A model generated the notes under the pieces. That model saw only the letters and a list, made by a program, of their open reading frames with translations. It was not told the origin of the DNA and made no database searches. A program made the translations under genes and the position numbers. A stretch of 64,000 bases of DNA from a bacterium (GTDB lineage: Bacteria; SAR324; XYD2-FULL-50-16), in NCBI GenBank assembly GCA_032250835.1, contig JAVVEA010000010.1, forward strand, positions 59,274 through 123,273. Direction: 5' to 3'. Shown here one piece after another: positions 1 to 9,666 of this stretch (its first letter is position 1; every line of letters begins with the position of its first letter).

Positions 1-207
1 TTCGGCCCGTTGTCCCTTAGGACGGCCCAGATGACTGACTAGGATCAGGCGCGCACCATGGTCTAGTAGATACCGGATGGTGGGCAAGGCGGCTTTGATG
101 CGGGTGTCATCGGCAACTTTGCCGTCCTTTAGCGGCACGTTGAAGTCAACGCGCAGCAACACCTTTTTGCCTTTAACCTCTAGATCCTCAATGGTCAGCT
201 TATTCAT
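1..207 (-). CDS. pgk: Phosphoglycerate kinase, N-terminal part (runs off the window start)
   Basis: The minus strand from ATG 207 reads [44 protein letters not shown]...[10 protein letters not shown], with the PGK signatures RVDFNVP and SHLGRP. A GGGGAG RBS lies upstream. Confidence 0.95.
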   Translation of the reverse strand, partial: MNKLTIEDLEVKGKKVLLRVDFNVPLKDGKVADDTRIKAALPTIRYLLDHGARLILVSHLGRPKGQRAE

Positions 208-424
208 GGCTCCCCGTCCAAATGATTTGCAAAAGAGTCCAATTTTGTCTGGCTTAGGGGCATGCTGTCAAGGCTTCTTCGAGGGGGGCTAGAAGCCGAT
301 AAATTGAGGGCTGCGACCATATTGTCGAGTCAACTTCCAAGAGGGGGCTGAAGTCGCCGAAATGGTCGATTTTTAGCTGGGGGTATAATAGGTTACTATG
401 TTGTAATCTAATATAAAACTGCTT

Positions 425-440
425 GGGCATAGCCTATGCA
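425..440 (+). promoter_or_regulatory. Putative sigma54 (-24/-12) promoter
   Basis: GGGCATAGCCTATGCA has GG at 426-427 and GC at 438-439 (GG-N10-GC), close to TGGCAC-N5-TTGCA. It lies about 55 nt before the ATG at 495, after an AT-rich tract. Confidence 0.55.
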
Positions 441-494
441 GTAGCATCCCCAGATTAATTCAAACCTGTTCGTCTTGACTTGAAGGAGGGAGAG

Positions 495-713
495 ATGAGA
501 ACGCGAATCAACCGCCGCAGAAAGAACGCAAAAAACTTCAACCCTGGGCACGCCGAATTAGCTAGCGCCGTTCAGGAATTCATGAACCACGGCGGGCAGA
601 TCCACAAGATCGCTGCCACCGATGACAACCTCAACGTCTTTTTAGAGAAAAAGGACGAACGTGCCGTCGACGAATTTTTGCTTGGCGGTGTGGTAGAGTC
701 TTCTCGCTGGTAG
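495..713 (+). CDS. Small protein (72 aa) with a SutA-like RNA-polymerase-binding motif
   Basis: Strong RBS (AAGGAGG) before ATG 495. The segment ELASAVQEFMNHGGQIHKI resembles P. aeruginosa SutA ALAKAMEEFLSRGGKVQEI (recalled from memory). Confidence 0.6.
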   Translation: MRTRINRRRKNAKNFNPGHAELASAVQEFMNHGGQIHKIAATDDNLNVFLEKKDERAVDEFLLGGVVESSRW

Positions 714-842
714 GCCTAGGCTTACCCTCTTTGGTGCAGACGGATACAAGTGGGGGCAACGGGCCGCTGGTCGATAGGTGCTAGGCGCTCGCTGCATACA
801 TGCCTTGGGCCCTTAGGGGCCTCAAGCCCCAGTCTGGGCCCA

Positions 843-1190
843 CTAGGCATCCGCTTTAGCGGCAAAAAACACGTCGCTCAACCGGGTCGCTAAGGCCAGT
901 TCCCCACGAACCTTCAGCTTGCCGCTCAAGACCGCCTTGTAGCCCGGCAAAATCCCCTTGAACATTTTCAGCAGATCCCGGTCGCGCACTTCTAAGATGC
1001 AGTCTGCCGGTTTTTCTTCAAAACTCACCCCTGGTTGGTCTTTAAGGTCTAAGTGGAAGAATCCGCCTTGGGGCCCGGAGACTTTAAAGAGAAATACGGC
1101 GTTGATTTGGGCTACCTTTTGGGGGTCCCGCTCGATCCCACGGGCCACCTTTTCAAAGAGCTCGCGGATCGTTAGTTCAGCTTCGCTCAT
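843..1190 (-). CDS. SCP2 sterol/lipid-binding domain protein
   Basis: 115 aa with AVFLFKVSGPQGG...ADCILEV...AVLSGKLKVRGELALA, typical of SCP2. Confidence 0.85.
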   Translation of the reverse strand: MSEAELTIRELFEKVARGIERDPQKVAQINAVFLFKVSGPQGGFFHLDLKDQPGVSFEEKPADCILEVRDRDLLKMFKGILPGYKAVLSGKLKVRGELALATRLSDVFFAAKADA

Positions 1191-1194
1191 CGCC

Positions 1195-1806
1195 CTACCC
1201 TAGCCAAGAAAGGTCTCCCGCCCCTTCACGGATCACTTGCGGCGGGTCAACCGAAAAGTCGATCATCGTTGATTCCTGGATCAACAGATCTCCACCATCG
1301 ACGATCAGATCCACCTGATTGCCGTATTCTTCTTCAATCGACCAAGGGTAAAAATGGGTCTGGTCGGGCTCACGGGGCAAACTGCTGGTGACGATCGGGC
1401 GGTTCATGGCTTCGGCTAACGCCAAGGCAATGGGGGCCTTGGGTAACTTGACGCCGATGGTCGAGCGCTTGGTCCAAAGCACTTTAGGGATCAGCTTAGA
1501 GGCCTCAAAAATAAAGCAATAGGGGCCGGGGACCAGGGATTTAATCTGGCGGTAGAGCGGCGTGGGGATGCCTTTGGTGTATTGGGCAAATTGGCCGGGA
1601 TCAGAACAGACGAAGGTGAAGGGCTTGGTCCGGTCGATTTGTTTGATCATTTCGATCCGTTTCATCGCCTTTTTTGATTCAATGGCGCAGCCAAAAACAT
1701 AGGCCGAGGCGGTCGGGAAGATCACCAAACCATCATTTTCCATCGCCTCGGCGACCTGCGCGATCAGGCGCGGCTGAGGGGATTGGGGGTGGATCGTTAA
1801 CATCAT
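1195..1806 (-). CDS. yciO: Sua5/YciO/YrdC family protein (YciO-like)
   Basis: Motifs IHPQSPQPRLI, VIFPTASAYVFGC, PGPYCFIF, DLIVDGG and VIREGAGD. The start at ATG 1806 overlaps the trmL stop (ATGA). Confidence 0.85.
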   Translation of the reverse strand: MMLTIHPQSPQPRLIAQVAEAMENDGLVIFPTASAYVFGCAIESKKAMKRIEMIKQIDRTKPFTFVCSDPGQFAQYTKGIPTPLYRQIKSLVPGPYCFIFEASKLIPKVLWTKRSTIGVKLPKAPIALALAEAMNRPIVTSSLPREPDQTHFYPWSIEEEYGNQVDLIVDGGDLLIQESTMIDFSVDPPQVIREGAGDLSWLG

Positions 1807-2276
1807 GGGGACTCGTCCAGTTTTCCGGTTTGTCGGAGCGCCTCGTATAATACCAGAGCGCAACAGTTACTCAAATTCAGGCTCCGCACCTTTGGGTTAA
1901 ACTGCGGTATTCTTAGGCTTTTAAAGCGTGAGAGGTAAGCCTGCGGCAGCCCCCGGGTCTCGGGACCAAAAACCAGCCAGTCACCGGGCTTAAATTGGGC
2001 CTGATGATAGGGGACTGGGGCCTTAGTGCTCAAGAGAAAGACCCGCTCGGGGTCAAGTTCGTCCATATAGGCGGCGCTTTCTTCAAAGCGGCGCAGATTG
2101 ACCTGATCCCAATAGTCCAAACCAGCCCGGCGTACCGCTTTGTCGGAGATGTCAAAACCCAAAGGGCCGACGAGGTCCAGGCGGGTGCCGGTGGCGGCGC
2201 AAAGCCGGGCGATATTGCCGGTGTTCGGCGGGATTTCGGGCTCAATCAGCGCGATGGTAAAGGCTTTAGAATCCAT
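1803..2276 (-). CDS. trmL: tRNA (cytidine/uridine-34-2'-O)-methyltransferase
   Basis: PEIPPNTGNIARLC, RRAGLDYW, LVFGPETRGLP and RSLNLSN are SPOUT/TrmL motifs. Confidence 0.95.
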   Translation of the reverse strand: MDSKAFTIALIEPEIPPNTGNIARLCAATGTRLDLVGPLGFDISDKAVRRAGLDYWDQVNLRRFEESAAYMDELDPERVFLLSTKAPVPYHQAQFKPGDWLVFGPETRGLPQAYLSRFKSLRIPQFNPKVRSLNLSNCCALVLYEALRQTGKLDESP

Positions 2277-3021
2277 GTTGTTGCGCCGCGACTAAGGCTT
2301 TGTACTCCAACCCATTACCCCCAAAGAGGTCCAGAGCGCTACCGACGGTAAAGTCAATGTTCCCTGCGCCGGCTTCTTTGATTAGGGCCAGGTCTTCAAA
2401 GTTGCGCACCCCTCCGGCGTAGGTCATCGGGTGCCCGGCCCAGCGGCCTAAGATCTCCAAAAGTCCCTGGTCGATGCCCAGTCCCTTGCCCTCTACATCC
2501 ACCGCATGGATCAAAAATTCCGCGCAAGATTGGGCCAATAGGTCTAACTGGAAGGGCTCAATCGCCACCTCGGTAAAGTTTCTCCAAAGGTCCGTGACCA
2601 CCCAATAAGTTCCACCTTTCTGGCGGCAGCTTAAATCCAAAACCAAGCGCTCGCGGCCCACGGCCTTTACTAGCTCCTTGAGGCGGTCTTGGTCTAACTT
2701 ACCGTCTCGGAAGACATAAGAAGTGACGATTACCGACTCAGCCCCGGCGTCTATCCATTGGCCCGCATTCGCCGCAGTCACCCCACCGCCGAGCTGCATC
2801 CCGCCGGGCCAAGCCTTTAGCGCTTCTTCGGCGGCGGCTTGGTTGCCCGGCCCTAGTTGGATCACGTGACCGCCGGTCAATCCGTCTTCTCGGTAGAGGG
2901 CGGCGTACCAAGCTGGGGGGTGTTGGGCTTCAAAATTGGTGACCAACTGGTCAGCAAAACTGGAACCAACCACTTGCTTCACTTGGCCTTGATGTAAATC
3001 AATACAAGGGCGAAAACGCAT
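2266..3021 (-). CDS. hisA: ProFAR isomerase, eukaryote-like (His6-type) HisA
   Basis: MRFRPCIDLHQGQVKQVVG, GGHVIQLG, LVLDLSCR, EFLIHAVDVEG and TVGSALDLFGG match the His6-type subfamily. Confidence 0.92.
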   Translation of the reverse strand: MRFRPCIDLHQGQVKQVVGSSFADQLVTNFEAQHPPAWYAALYREDGLTGGHVIQLGPGNQAAAEEALKAWPGGMQLGGGVTAANAGQWIDAGAESVIVTSYVFRDGKLDQDRLKELVKAVGRERLVLDLSCRQKGGTYWVVTDLWRNFTEVAIEPFQLDLLAQSCAEFLIHAVDVEGKGLGIDQGLLEILGRWAGHPMTYAGGVRNFEDLALIKEAGAGNIDFTVGSALDLFGGNGLEYKALVAAQQHGF

Positions 3022-3141
3022 GGGGCTTTTCAGAGCAATTTAAAAGGCGTTAGATTATCTGATCTTCCAGCCAGCCTAGCGGCTTTGTGATGCCAGATAA
3101 AGCCGCAATTCTAAATGCTGGGCTAAATTGTTGGAACTATT

Positions 3142-5025
3142 ATGTTTGTTCGGCTATTAGGGCTCCAGCCTCTCGGGTTTGTGGTGGCCGCTTTTTTGGT
3201 TTTTGGCGGCGCGTTGCAGCACGGGCTGATCCTTGGGTTGTTAGGATTCGATCAGCGTAATTGGGAACAACTCAAGCTGGGACTGGGGTACGACCTTATG
3301 CATGGTTGTATGCTCGCCGGGCTCACCATGCTCTTGTTGCCCTGGGTGACCCGCAGCCCCCGCGGGGTCCGGCGCGTCCTCTGGGTTTGGCTGGGCTCGT
3401 TCTATTTTTTCCTCTTTGTTGACTATACCTACGTCACCCAATTCGGCACCCACCTGCCCTATTCGACGATCGAATACTTAGATCAATTGGGCGAGTTTGG
3501 TAGTACCATGAACGCCGCCTTTGGTGGGGCTGGGTTTTGGCTTTTGTTCTTACTGCCTCTTGGGCTTTGGAGCGCATACCTCTTCTTCCTGCGCCAGACT
3601 TGGCCCCAATGGTACCTGCTCCATGCCAGTTGGCGGGACTTCGTTTTTTGGATGTTTTTAGGGGCATTAGCGGGGATCGCGCCCAACTCCAGGGTGGACA
3701 AAAACCTCAACGAGCCCTTGACCTCAAACAGTTTGGTCTATTTTTACTGGTCTCGGAATTTTGAACGAGATGCACAGATCGCCAAACCCGAAGCGGCCCT
3801 TCTGACCGTTGCCCAATCCTTGAGTGGAACGGCCCCCAAAGAGCCGGGCTTTGAAGATTATCCTCTGGTGCGCGACCACCTTGCGCGCGGTTGCCGCGAG
3901 CAAACCCGACTCGCCTGGGCGCTTTGCGGCAAGCGGCAGCCAAACATATTGTTTGTTTTGATGGAGTCCTACCGCGCCGCAGACAACACTAGCTTCGGAA
4001 GCCCCTTGAATTTGACACCGGGCTTCGAAAAGTTACGACGCGAGGGGGTTTTATTCCGCAACTTTTTTGCCAACGGCTTCCAGACGAGGCATGGGCAGGT
4101 GGCTACCTTCTGTTCTCTGGTGCCCAACTATGGTGCTCCGGTGATGAAAAATTACCTGAGCAACCATTATCTTTGTCTACCAGAGATGCTCAACCAAGCA
4201 GGCTACCAGACCTCGATCCTCTTCGGCACGAGTGCTTCTTTTGACAACCAAGCCCGCTTTTTACCGGTCATGGGCTTTAACCAGGTTTTAGATTCCTTGG
4301 AATTTAATGAGCGGACCGAGATGTTAGGTTGGGGCGCTTCGGATCGTTCGGTCTTTAACCGGTGGCTGGACCATTTGAGCCAAGCCCAGGAGCCCTTCTT
4401 TTCGGCTATGATGAGTATCACCAACCACCACCCCTTTGAGGTGCCGGAATCCTTTCGGGTATACGGCGCAAAGGACGGGCAGAGCCGATATTTTGAGGCC
4501 CTCCGTTACAGCGACCAGATGTTGTATGAATTTGTGCAGAAGGCCAAAACCCAGTCTTGGTGGGATAATACCTTGATCTTCGTACTCGCTGACACTTCAA
4601 ACTACCAACCTGCCCAAATCGAACCCAAAGATTTTCCTGAGTTTGTGCGGCTGCGTTCGCAAATCCCGCTGCTGATTTTGGGCGGAGCCCTGCGCGGGGG
4701 GTCTTATGAAGAAAGGGCTTACCATGACCAAATCGACTTGGCCCCGACGGTGTTGGACCTATTGCGTACGCCCTACCGGGCCGCCTTCGCCGGGGAAAGC
4801 CTGATGTCTTTGCGCCCCGGCATAGCCCAAACCAACCGACCTGGTAATTATTGGGCCGTGATGAGCGAAGAGGGAGCGGTTTATTGGGAAAATGGCCGCT
4901 ATCCCCATGTGTCGGAAAACATGCCGCCAAGCCTAGCCGAAGACTACAACCAATTGGGGAGGTCATGGAATCTAGCCCAACAGTGGATGTTGCAAGAAGA
5001 TAAAATCTGGAAGGAGTTTCCATGA
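3142..5025 (+). CDS. LTA synthase (LtaS/OpgB-like) family membrane sulfatase-fold protein
   Basis: About 5 N-terminal TM helices, then PNILFVLMES, NFFANGFQT, TNHHPF, NTLIFVLAD and QIDLAPTVLDLL. Confidence 0.85.
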   Translation: MFVRLLGLQPLGFVVAAFLVFGGALQHGLILGLLGFDQRNWEQLKLGLGYDLMHGCMLAGLTMLLLPWVTRSPRGVRRVLWVWLGSFYFFLFVDYTYVTQFGTHLPYSTIEYLDQLGEFGSTMNAAFGGAGFWLLFLLPLGLWSAYLFFLRQTWPQWYLLHASWRDFVFWMFLGALAGIAPNSRVDKNLNEPLTSNSLVYFYWSRNFERDAQIAKPEAALLTVAQSLSGTAPKEPGFEDYPLVRDHLARGCREQTRLAWALCGKRQPNILFVLMESYRAADNTSFGSPLNLTPGFEKLRREGVLFRNFFANGFQTRHGQVATFCSLVPNYGAPVMKNYLSNHYLCLPEMLNQAGYQTSILFGTSASFDNQARFLPVMGFNQVLDSLEFNERTEMLGWGASDRSVFNRWLDHLSQAQEPFFSAMMSITNHHPFEVPESFRVYGAKDGQSRYFEALRYSDQMLYEFVQKAKTQSWWDNTLIFVLADTSNYQPAQIEPKDFPEFVRLRSQIPLLILGGALRGGSYEERAYHDQIDLAPTVLDLLRTPYRAAFAGESLMSLRPGIAQTNRPGNYWAVMSEEGAVYWENGRYPHVSENMPPSLAEDYNQLGRSWNLAQQWMLQEDKIWKEFP

Positions 5026-6872
5026 AACGGCTCGCCATCAGTTTTCTGCTGCTCTGGTTGCCCTTTGGCCTAGCGCGCTGGGCCCTGTTGCTGATCTATC
5101 CCCAGTCCTTTGATGCCATGGGATTTGACCAGCTAACCGGAGCCTTTTTGCGGGGGTTAGTTTTTGATTTCTCCAGCATTGCCGTTTTCGGCGCGGTGCC
5201 CTTTTTGGCCTATTTTCTCCCCGGTTTGTCGCGGTACAAATCCTGGAGCGCCCTGTGGCACCTGGTCTTGGCCGCGGGCTCGGTGGCTCTTTGGGCCCTA
5301 TTGGTGATCGATTTGGTTTATTTTGGGCGGGTGCAGCGCCACTTGACCTTTGAACTGGGCTTACTTGAAGGAGACTGGGGGTTGATGGCCCGGATGGTCG
5401 GTCAGGGCTTCAGGTTACAGGCCCTCTTTTTTGCTCTGCTCGTCGCCAGTTGGCTTTATGCTTGGTGGCGGCTTTGGCAGGTTCCCTTGCGTCCCTTTGG
5501 TTGGAAGCGCTGGGGCGCCCTGCTGTTGCTCCTTATCTTTTTGGGCCGGGGCGGATGGGGGAGCAAGCCCTTGGCGGTGATCGACGCCTACCAGGGAGGC
5601 GACTCCCAGTCGGCCAATCTGGTTTTAAACGGTCTATTCACCACCAGTCATGCGTTGCTGATGGCTTCTGAGGCGAACCATAATCATTTTGAGCCCGCCC
5701 AAGCCTTTGCCCAAGCCTTTCCTGAGGCAGACCGCCAAGCGAAATTCCCGCTGCTCCGGCAGGGGCAGGGGCCCCGCAAAGGCCTCAACTTGGTTTTTAT
5801 CTTGGTCGAGAGCTTAAGCTCTTATTACATCGACGCCCTTGGGGAGCCGCAATTTGGGGTCACCCCTTTCTTGGACGACTTAATCTCACGCTCCTTGGTT
5901 TATACCGAGTTTTACGCTTCCGGGCAGCGCAGCTTGGAGGGGATCCAAATTTCCTTGACCGGCGTGCCTAGCCTGGAAGGGCAGCCCAATATTGGGCAGG
6001 GATTCCAGACCCGTTTCCAGGGGCTAGGTCATTTGGCTAAAATCAACGGCTACCAAACGCTCTATGTTCAGGCCATGATGCGCCAAAGCTTCCGGGGTGA
6101 AAGCATTGCTGGGGCGACGGGTTTTGAACATTATTACGGGCAAGAGGACATCCCCCTGCTGCTCGATTACCCTGACCCTAGTGGGGCCCCTTTCGGCTGG
6201 GATTATGAGACCCTACAATTCTCTTTAGAGAAGATGAAGGACCTGCAAAAGCCCTTTGCCGCCTATTTGGTCACTTCCACCACCCACGAGCCCTACCCAA
6301 GGCTACAGAAGCGGTTCGAGAAATACCCGCCCAGCAGCAATGAAGAGTCGGGCTTCTTAAACAGTTTGGCTTATGCCGATTGGTCTTTAAAGCGTTTCTT
6401 TGAGGAAGCTTCCAAAGAGCCCTGGTACGGAAATACGCTGTTTGTGATCACCGCCGACCACGGCTTGGCGCTTTACAACAACAAGCAGTTTTTAGAATAT
6501 TTCAGGACCCCGTTGATCCTTTTCCAGCCCGGCGTGACGCAGCCCGAGCGGCGCACCAATTTGGGTTCCCAGCTGGACCTGATCCCCACTTTGGTGGAGG
6601 CGATGGGTTGGACGGGCCCCTACGCCACCATGGGCCAAAGCTTACTAGGTCCCGGTCCGGGGTACGCGATGGCCAAGATGGGGGATATGATGGTGCTGAT
6701 CAACAAAGAAGGTTATATCCGCCATAACCTTGACCGGGTGGTCGAGTCAAGCGCTAGGCCCGAAGGTTCGGCTCCATTGGCCTTAGAGACCCAGGCGGCC
6801 ATGGAGACCCAGTTGCTGTCCTTAGACCAGACGGTTTTTGATCTTTTGCAAGAAAACCGCTGGTTTCCATGA
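5022..6872 (+). CDS. Second LTA synthase family protein (tandem paralog)
   Basis: TM N-terminus, NLVFILVESL, TTHEPY, NTLFVITADHG and QLDLIPTL. ATGA overlap with the upstream paralog. Confidence 0.85.
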   Translation: MKRLAISFLLLWLPFGLARWALLLIYPQSFDAMGFDQLTGAFLRGLVFDFSSIAVFGAVPFLAYFLPGLSRYKSWSALWHLVLAAGSVALWALLVIDLVYFGRVQRHLTFELGLLEGDWGLMARMVGQGFRLQALFFALLVASWLYAWWRLWQVPLRPFGWKRWGALLLLLIFLGRGGWGSKPLAVIDAYQGGDSQSANLVLNGLFTTSHALLMASEANHNHFEPAQAFAQAFPEADRQAKFPLLRQGQGPRKGLNLVFILVESLSSYYIDALGEPQFGVTPFLDDLISRSLVYTEFYASGQRSLEGIQISLTGVPSLEGQPNIGQGFQTRFQGLGHLAKINGYQTLYVQAMMRQSFRGESIAGATGFEHYYGQEDIPLLLDYPDPSGAPFGWDYETLQFSLEKMKDLQKPFAAYLVTSTTHEPYPRLQKRFEKYPPSSNEESGFLNSLAYADWSLKRFFEEASKEPWYGNTLFVITADHGLALYNNKQFLEYFRTPLILFQPGVTQPERRTNLGSQLDLIPTLVEAMGWTGPYATMGQSLLGPGPGYAMAKMGDMMVLINKEGYIRHNLDRVVESSARPEGSAPLALETQAAMETQLLSLDQTVFDLLQENRWFP

Positions 6873-6900
6873 GGCCAGCCAACCTGCGCCTCAAAAAGGA

Positions 6901-7983
6901 TTAGCTCTCGATCAGACTTTCGGCGAAGAGGTGTGCGTCAAAGGCTTGCAGGTCCGCAACCCGCTCACCAACACCAATGAAATAAACGGGCAGTTCAAAT
7001 TCGTTGACGATCCCGATCACCACTCCGCCCTTGGCCGTGCCGTCCAGTTTGGTGACGATCAAACCATCGAGTTCCACGACCGCCGTAAATTCCTTGGTTT
7101 GGACAATGGCATTTTGCCCCGTGTTGGCATCGATGACCAACAAAGAGGCATGGGGAGCGGTGGGTAGGACCTTTTGCAGGCTGCGCTTCATCTTGCCTAA
7201 CTCGTCCATCAAGTGCTTTTTGTTGTGCAAACGCCCGGAGGTGTCGCAGAGCAAAACGTCGTAGCCTTCCTCTTTGGCGCGTACGGCGGCCTCGTACATG
7301 GTGGCCGAAGGGTCTGAGTTTTGGTCTTTGGCGATGTAATCCACGCCGACCTGCTCACACCAATGCACCAATTGTTCGATGGCCGCGGCGCGGAAGGTGT
7401 CCCCAGCGGCGACCAGCACCTTTTTCCCCTGCTCCTTGAGTTGGGCGGCGAGCTTGCCGATGCTGGTGGTTTTGCCCACCCCGTTGACGCCCACAAAGAG
7501 ATACACTGTGGGCCCGGCCTGGGCCTGGGGCAACTCTTTGGTGCCGATGTCCATGATCTGGGTGATCACTTGCTTAACCTGGGCGATGGCTTCGGATTGG
7601 CTGCGCGCTTTGCCTGCGTCCACCTGGGCTTGGACAAACTCCACGATCTTCATGGCCGTCGCGACGCCGAGGTCCGCTGAGAGCAGCCGTTCTTCTAGTT
7701 CCTCTAAAAACTCCTCGTCCACCGCCTCGTCGCTGGCCATGGCCAAGATCGAGCCGTTGAAGATGCTGCGGGTCTTCGCTAGGCCCTTTTTCAGGCCCGC
7801 CATAAAGCCTTGCTGGGGGGCCTCGACGCCGCGCAATCCCTTGGTCAGCAGGCCTTCTTCGGCACGGCGTTGGGCCTCGGCCTCGCTGATCTGCTGGCCC
7901 AATTCCCGGGCTTTCGCCTGTTCGGCCTGGACTTCTTCCTTGAGGCGTTTCTTGGCCTCCCGCTTTTGTTTGTTGAACAGCAT
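6901..7983 (-). CDS. ftsY: Signal recognition particle receptor
   Basis: GVNGVGKTTSIGKLA, DTFRAAA, DTSGR and TKLDGTAKGG. Confidence 0.97.
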   Translation of the reverse strand: MLFNKQKREAKKRLKEEVQAEQAKARELGQQISEAEAQRRAEEGLLTKGLRGVEAPQQGFMAGLKKGLAKTRSIFNGSILAMASDEAVDEEFLEELEERLLSADLGVATAMKIVEFVQAQVDAGKARSQSEAIAQVKQVITQIMDIGTKELPQAQAGPTVYLFVGVNGVGKTTSIGKLAAQLKEQGKKVLVAAGDTFRAAAIEQLVHWCEQVGVDYIAKDQNSDPSATMYEAAVRAKEEGYDVLLCDTSGRLHNKKHLMDELGKMKRSLQKVLPTAPHASLLVIDANTGQNAIVQTKEFTAVVELDGLIVTKLDGTAKGGVVIGIVNEFELPVYFIGVGERVADLQAFDAHLFAESLIES

Positions 7984-8049
7984 GGTTCCTCATATGGGTT
8001 TAATAGTTCCTAGCCTATTGGAGCCCAATGGATCAAGGGCCGGGTGCAC

Positions 8050-8079
8050 TTGACAAAATTGACAAACCCTCGATAGGGT
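8050..8079 (+). promoter_or_regulatory. Putative sigma70 promoter with a tandem TTGACA
   Basis: TTGACA at 8050 and 8059. TAGGGT at 8074 gives an 18-bp spacer from the first copy. Confidence 0.4.
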
Positions 8080-8113
8080 GAGGGCGGTTGGACAACGGAC
8101 TTTTAAGGAGCAC

Positions 8114-9625
8114 ATGTCATTAGATTTATTTAATCAGATCAGTAAAGTACTTAATTCGAACTCTGATTTGATCCGCAGTGTCAACGTGGTTTTGATGCTG
8201 CTTCAGGATTATCTCGCCGTACGAAACCCCTGTCTGCTGATCCGCGACAACGTGATCAACAAGTTCTTCATCGACATAGCACCCGAAATCGATGAACTGG
8301 ATAAAAATCGCTGGAACCAGCGGATTGCGTCTGGATTGGGTGTTTTACAGGGCCTTAAATTACAGCACGAAAGCCTGCTCTATCCAGGCGACCAAGATTT
8401 TCTGGACCTACCTATGCCCGAAGACTTGGTCGGCAAGCCGGTGGTGCATTTGATCCAGCCGGTGATCTACCGCCAGCAAAACCTACCTCTGGGCCTGTTG
8501 AGCGCGTACATCACCGAGTTTGATCAGGTCAACTTGGTCCAAAAGACCTTTAAGTTTTTATCCGACTTTTTGGCGTTATCGATGGTCGCCAAAGGCTTTC
8601 CGGTGCCTGAGATCACCGACGCCGAACCGGAGCGCGAAAAAATCCCCACCATTTTAGAAGGGATCGTCGGGCAATCGGATTCCTTAAAAGAAGTGGCCAT
8701 GATCGTCAAAAAAGTGGCGGCCTCCAAGGCCACCGTGTTGATCCGAGGCGAATCGGGCACCGGTAAAGAACTATTTGCCCAAGCGATCCATAACTACAGC
8801 CTGCACAAAAAGGCTCCCTTTGTGGGCGTTAACTGCGCGGCCCTTTCAGATTCGCTTTTAGAGTCCGAACTCTTTGGGCATGAAAAGGGTGCCTTTACCG
8901 GTGCCACCCAAACCCGGAAAGGGCGCTTTGAATTAGCCGACGGCGGCACCCTGTTTTTAGACGAGATCGGCGACACCAGCTTGGGCTTCCAGGCAAAAAT
9001 CTTAAGGGTGCTTCAAGAAGGCCAGTTTGAACGGCTTGGCGGTACCAAGACCCTACATGTAGATGTGCGGATTCTCTGCGCCACGAACGTCGATCTTGAA
9101 GCGGTTATCGCCGAGGGGACCTTCCGTGAAGACCTCTATTACCGCCTCAACGTGATCACGCTGGATATCCCCCCGCTGCGTGAACGGCGCGACGATGTGC
9201 AGCTACTGGTGCAGTTTTTCTTAGACCGCTTCAACCGGCGCGATGGCACCCATGTCCGCATCCGCGAAGAAGACATGTTGTACCTTTGTGGCCTAGACTG
9301 GCCTGGGAACGTGCGGGAGTTAGAAAACCTGGTTCAGTCCGGCTTTTTGATGGAAAAAAACGGTTGGTTCAACCTCCCCAGCTCTAAACGCCCTAAGGCC
9401 CCACGACCTCGCGCACCGGCCTTTGCGCCGCTGAGTGCCAACCACGCGGTGGTCGAAGGCCCGCGTAATGGGGTGGTCAAAGAAGAGATTGTGGCTATAG
9501 AAGACGCGCTGCGTGCCGCTCGTGGCGTGCAGGTCAAGGCCGCCAAGACGCTGGGCATCTCTCTGCGTCAGTTGAGGTATCGAATCCAGAAATACAACCT
9601 GACGGTACGAAAGATCCACCTTTAA
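8114..9625 (+). CDS. Sigma54-dependent activator, NifA-like architecture (GAF-like + AAA+ + Fis HTH)
   Basis: [41 protein letters not shown] and a C-terminal [30 protein letters not shown] precedes ATG 8114. Confidence 0.9.
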   Translation: MSLDLFNQISKVLNSNSDLIRSVNVVLMLLQDYLAVRNPCLLIRDNVINKFFIDIAPEIDELDKNRWNQRIASGLGVLQGLKLQHESLLYPGDQDFLDLPMPEDLVGKPVVHLIQPVIYRQQNLPLGLLSAYITEFDQVNLVQKTFKFLSDFLALSMVAKGFPVPEITDAEPEREKIPTILEGIVGQSDSLKEVAMIVKKVAASKATVLIRGESGTGKELFAQAIHNYSLHKKAPFVGVNCAALSDSLLESELFGHEKGAFTGATQTRKGRFELADGGTLFLDEIGDTSLGFQAKILRVLQEGQFERLGGTKTLHVDVRILCATNVDLEAVIAEGTFREDLYYRLNVITLDIPPLRERRDDVQLLVQFFLDRFNRRDGTHVRIREEDMLYLCGLDWPGNVRELENLVQSGFLMEKNGWFNLPSSKRPKAPRPRAPAFAPLSANHAVVEGPRNGVVKEEIVAIEDALRAARGVQVKAAKTLGISLRQLRYRIQKYNLTVRKIHL

Positions 9626-9666
9626 CCGGCGACGACCCCGAGGTTGTCAGTTTTCTTAAAGAGTCC

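Noticed and set aside
8114..9625. Calling this gene nifA
   Set aside because: The architecture is similar, but there are no nif genes nearby, so the symbol is withheld.
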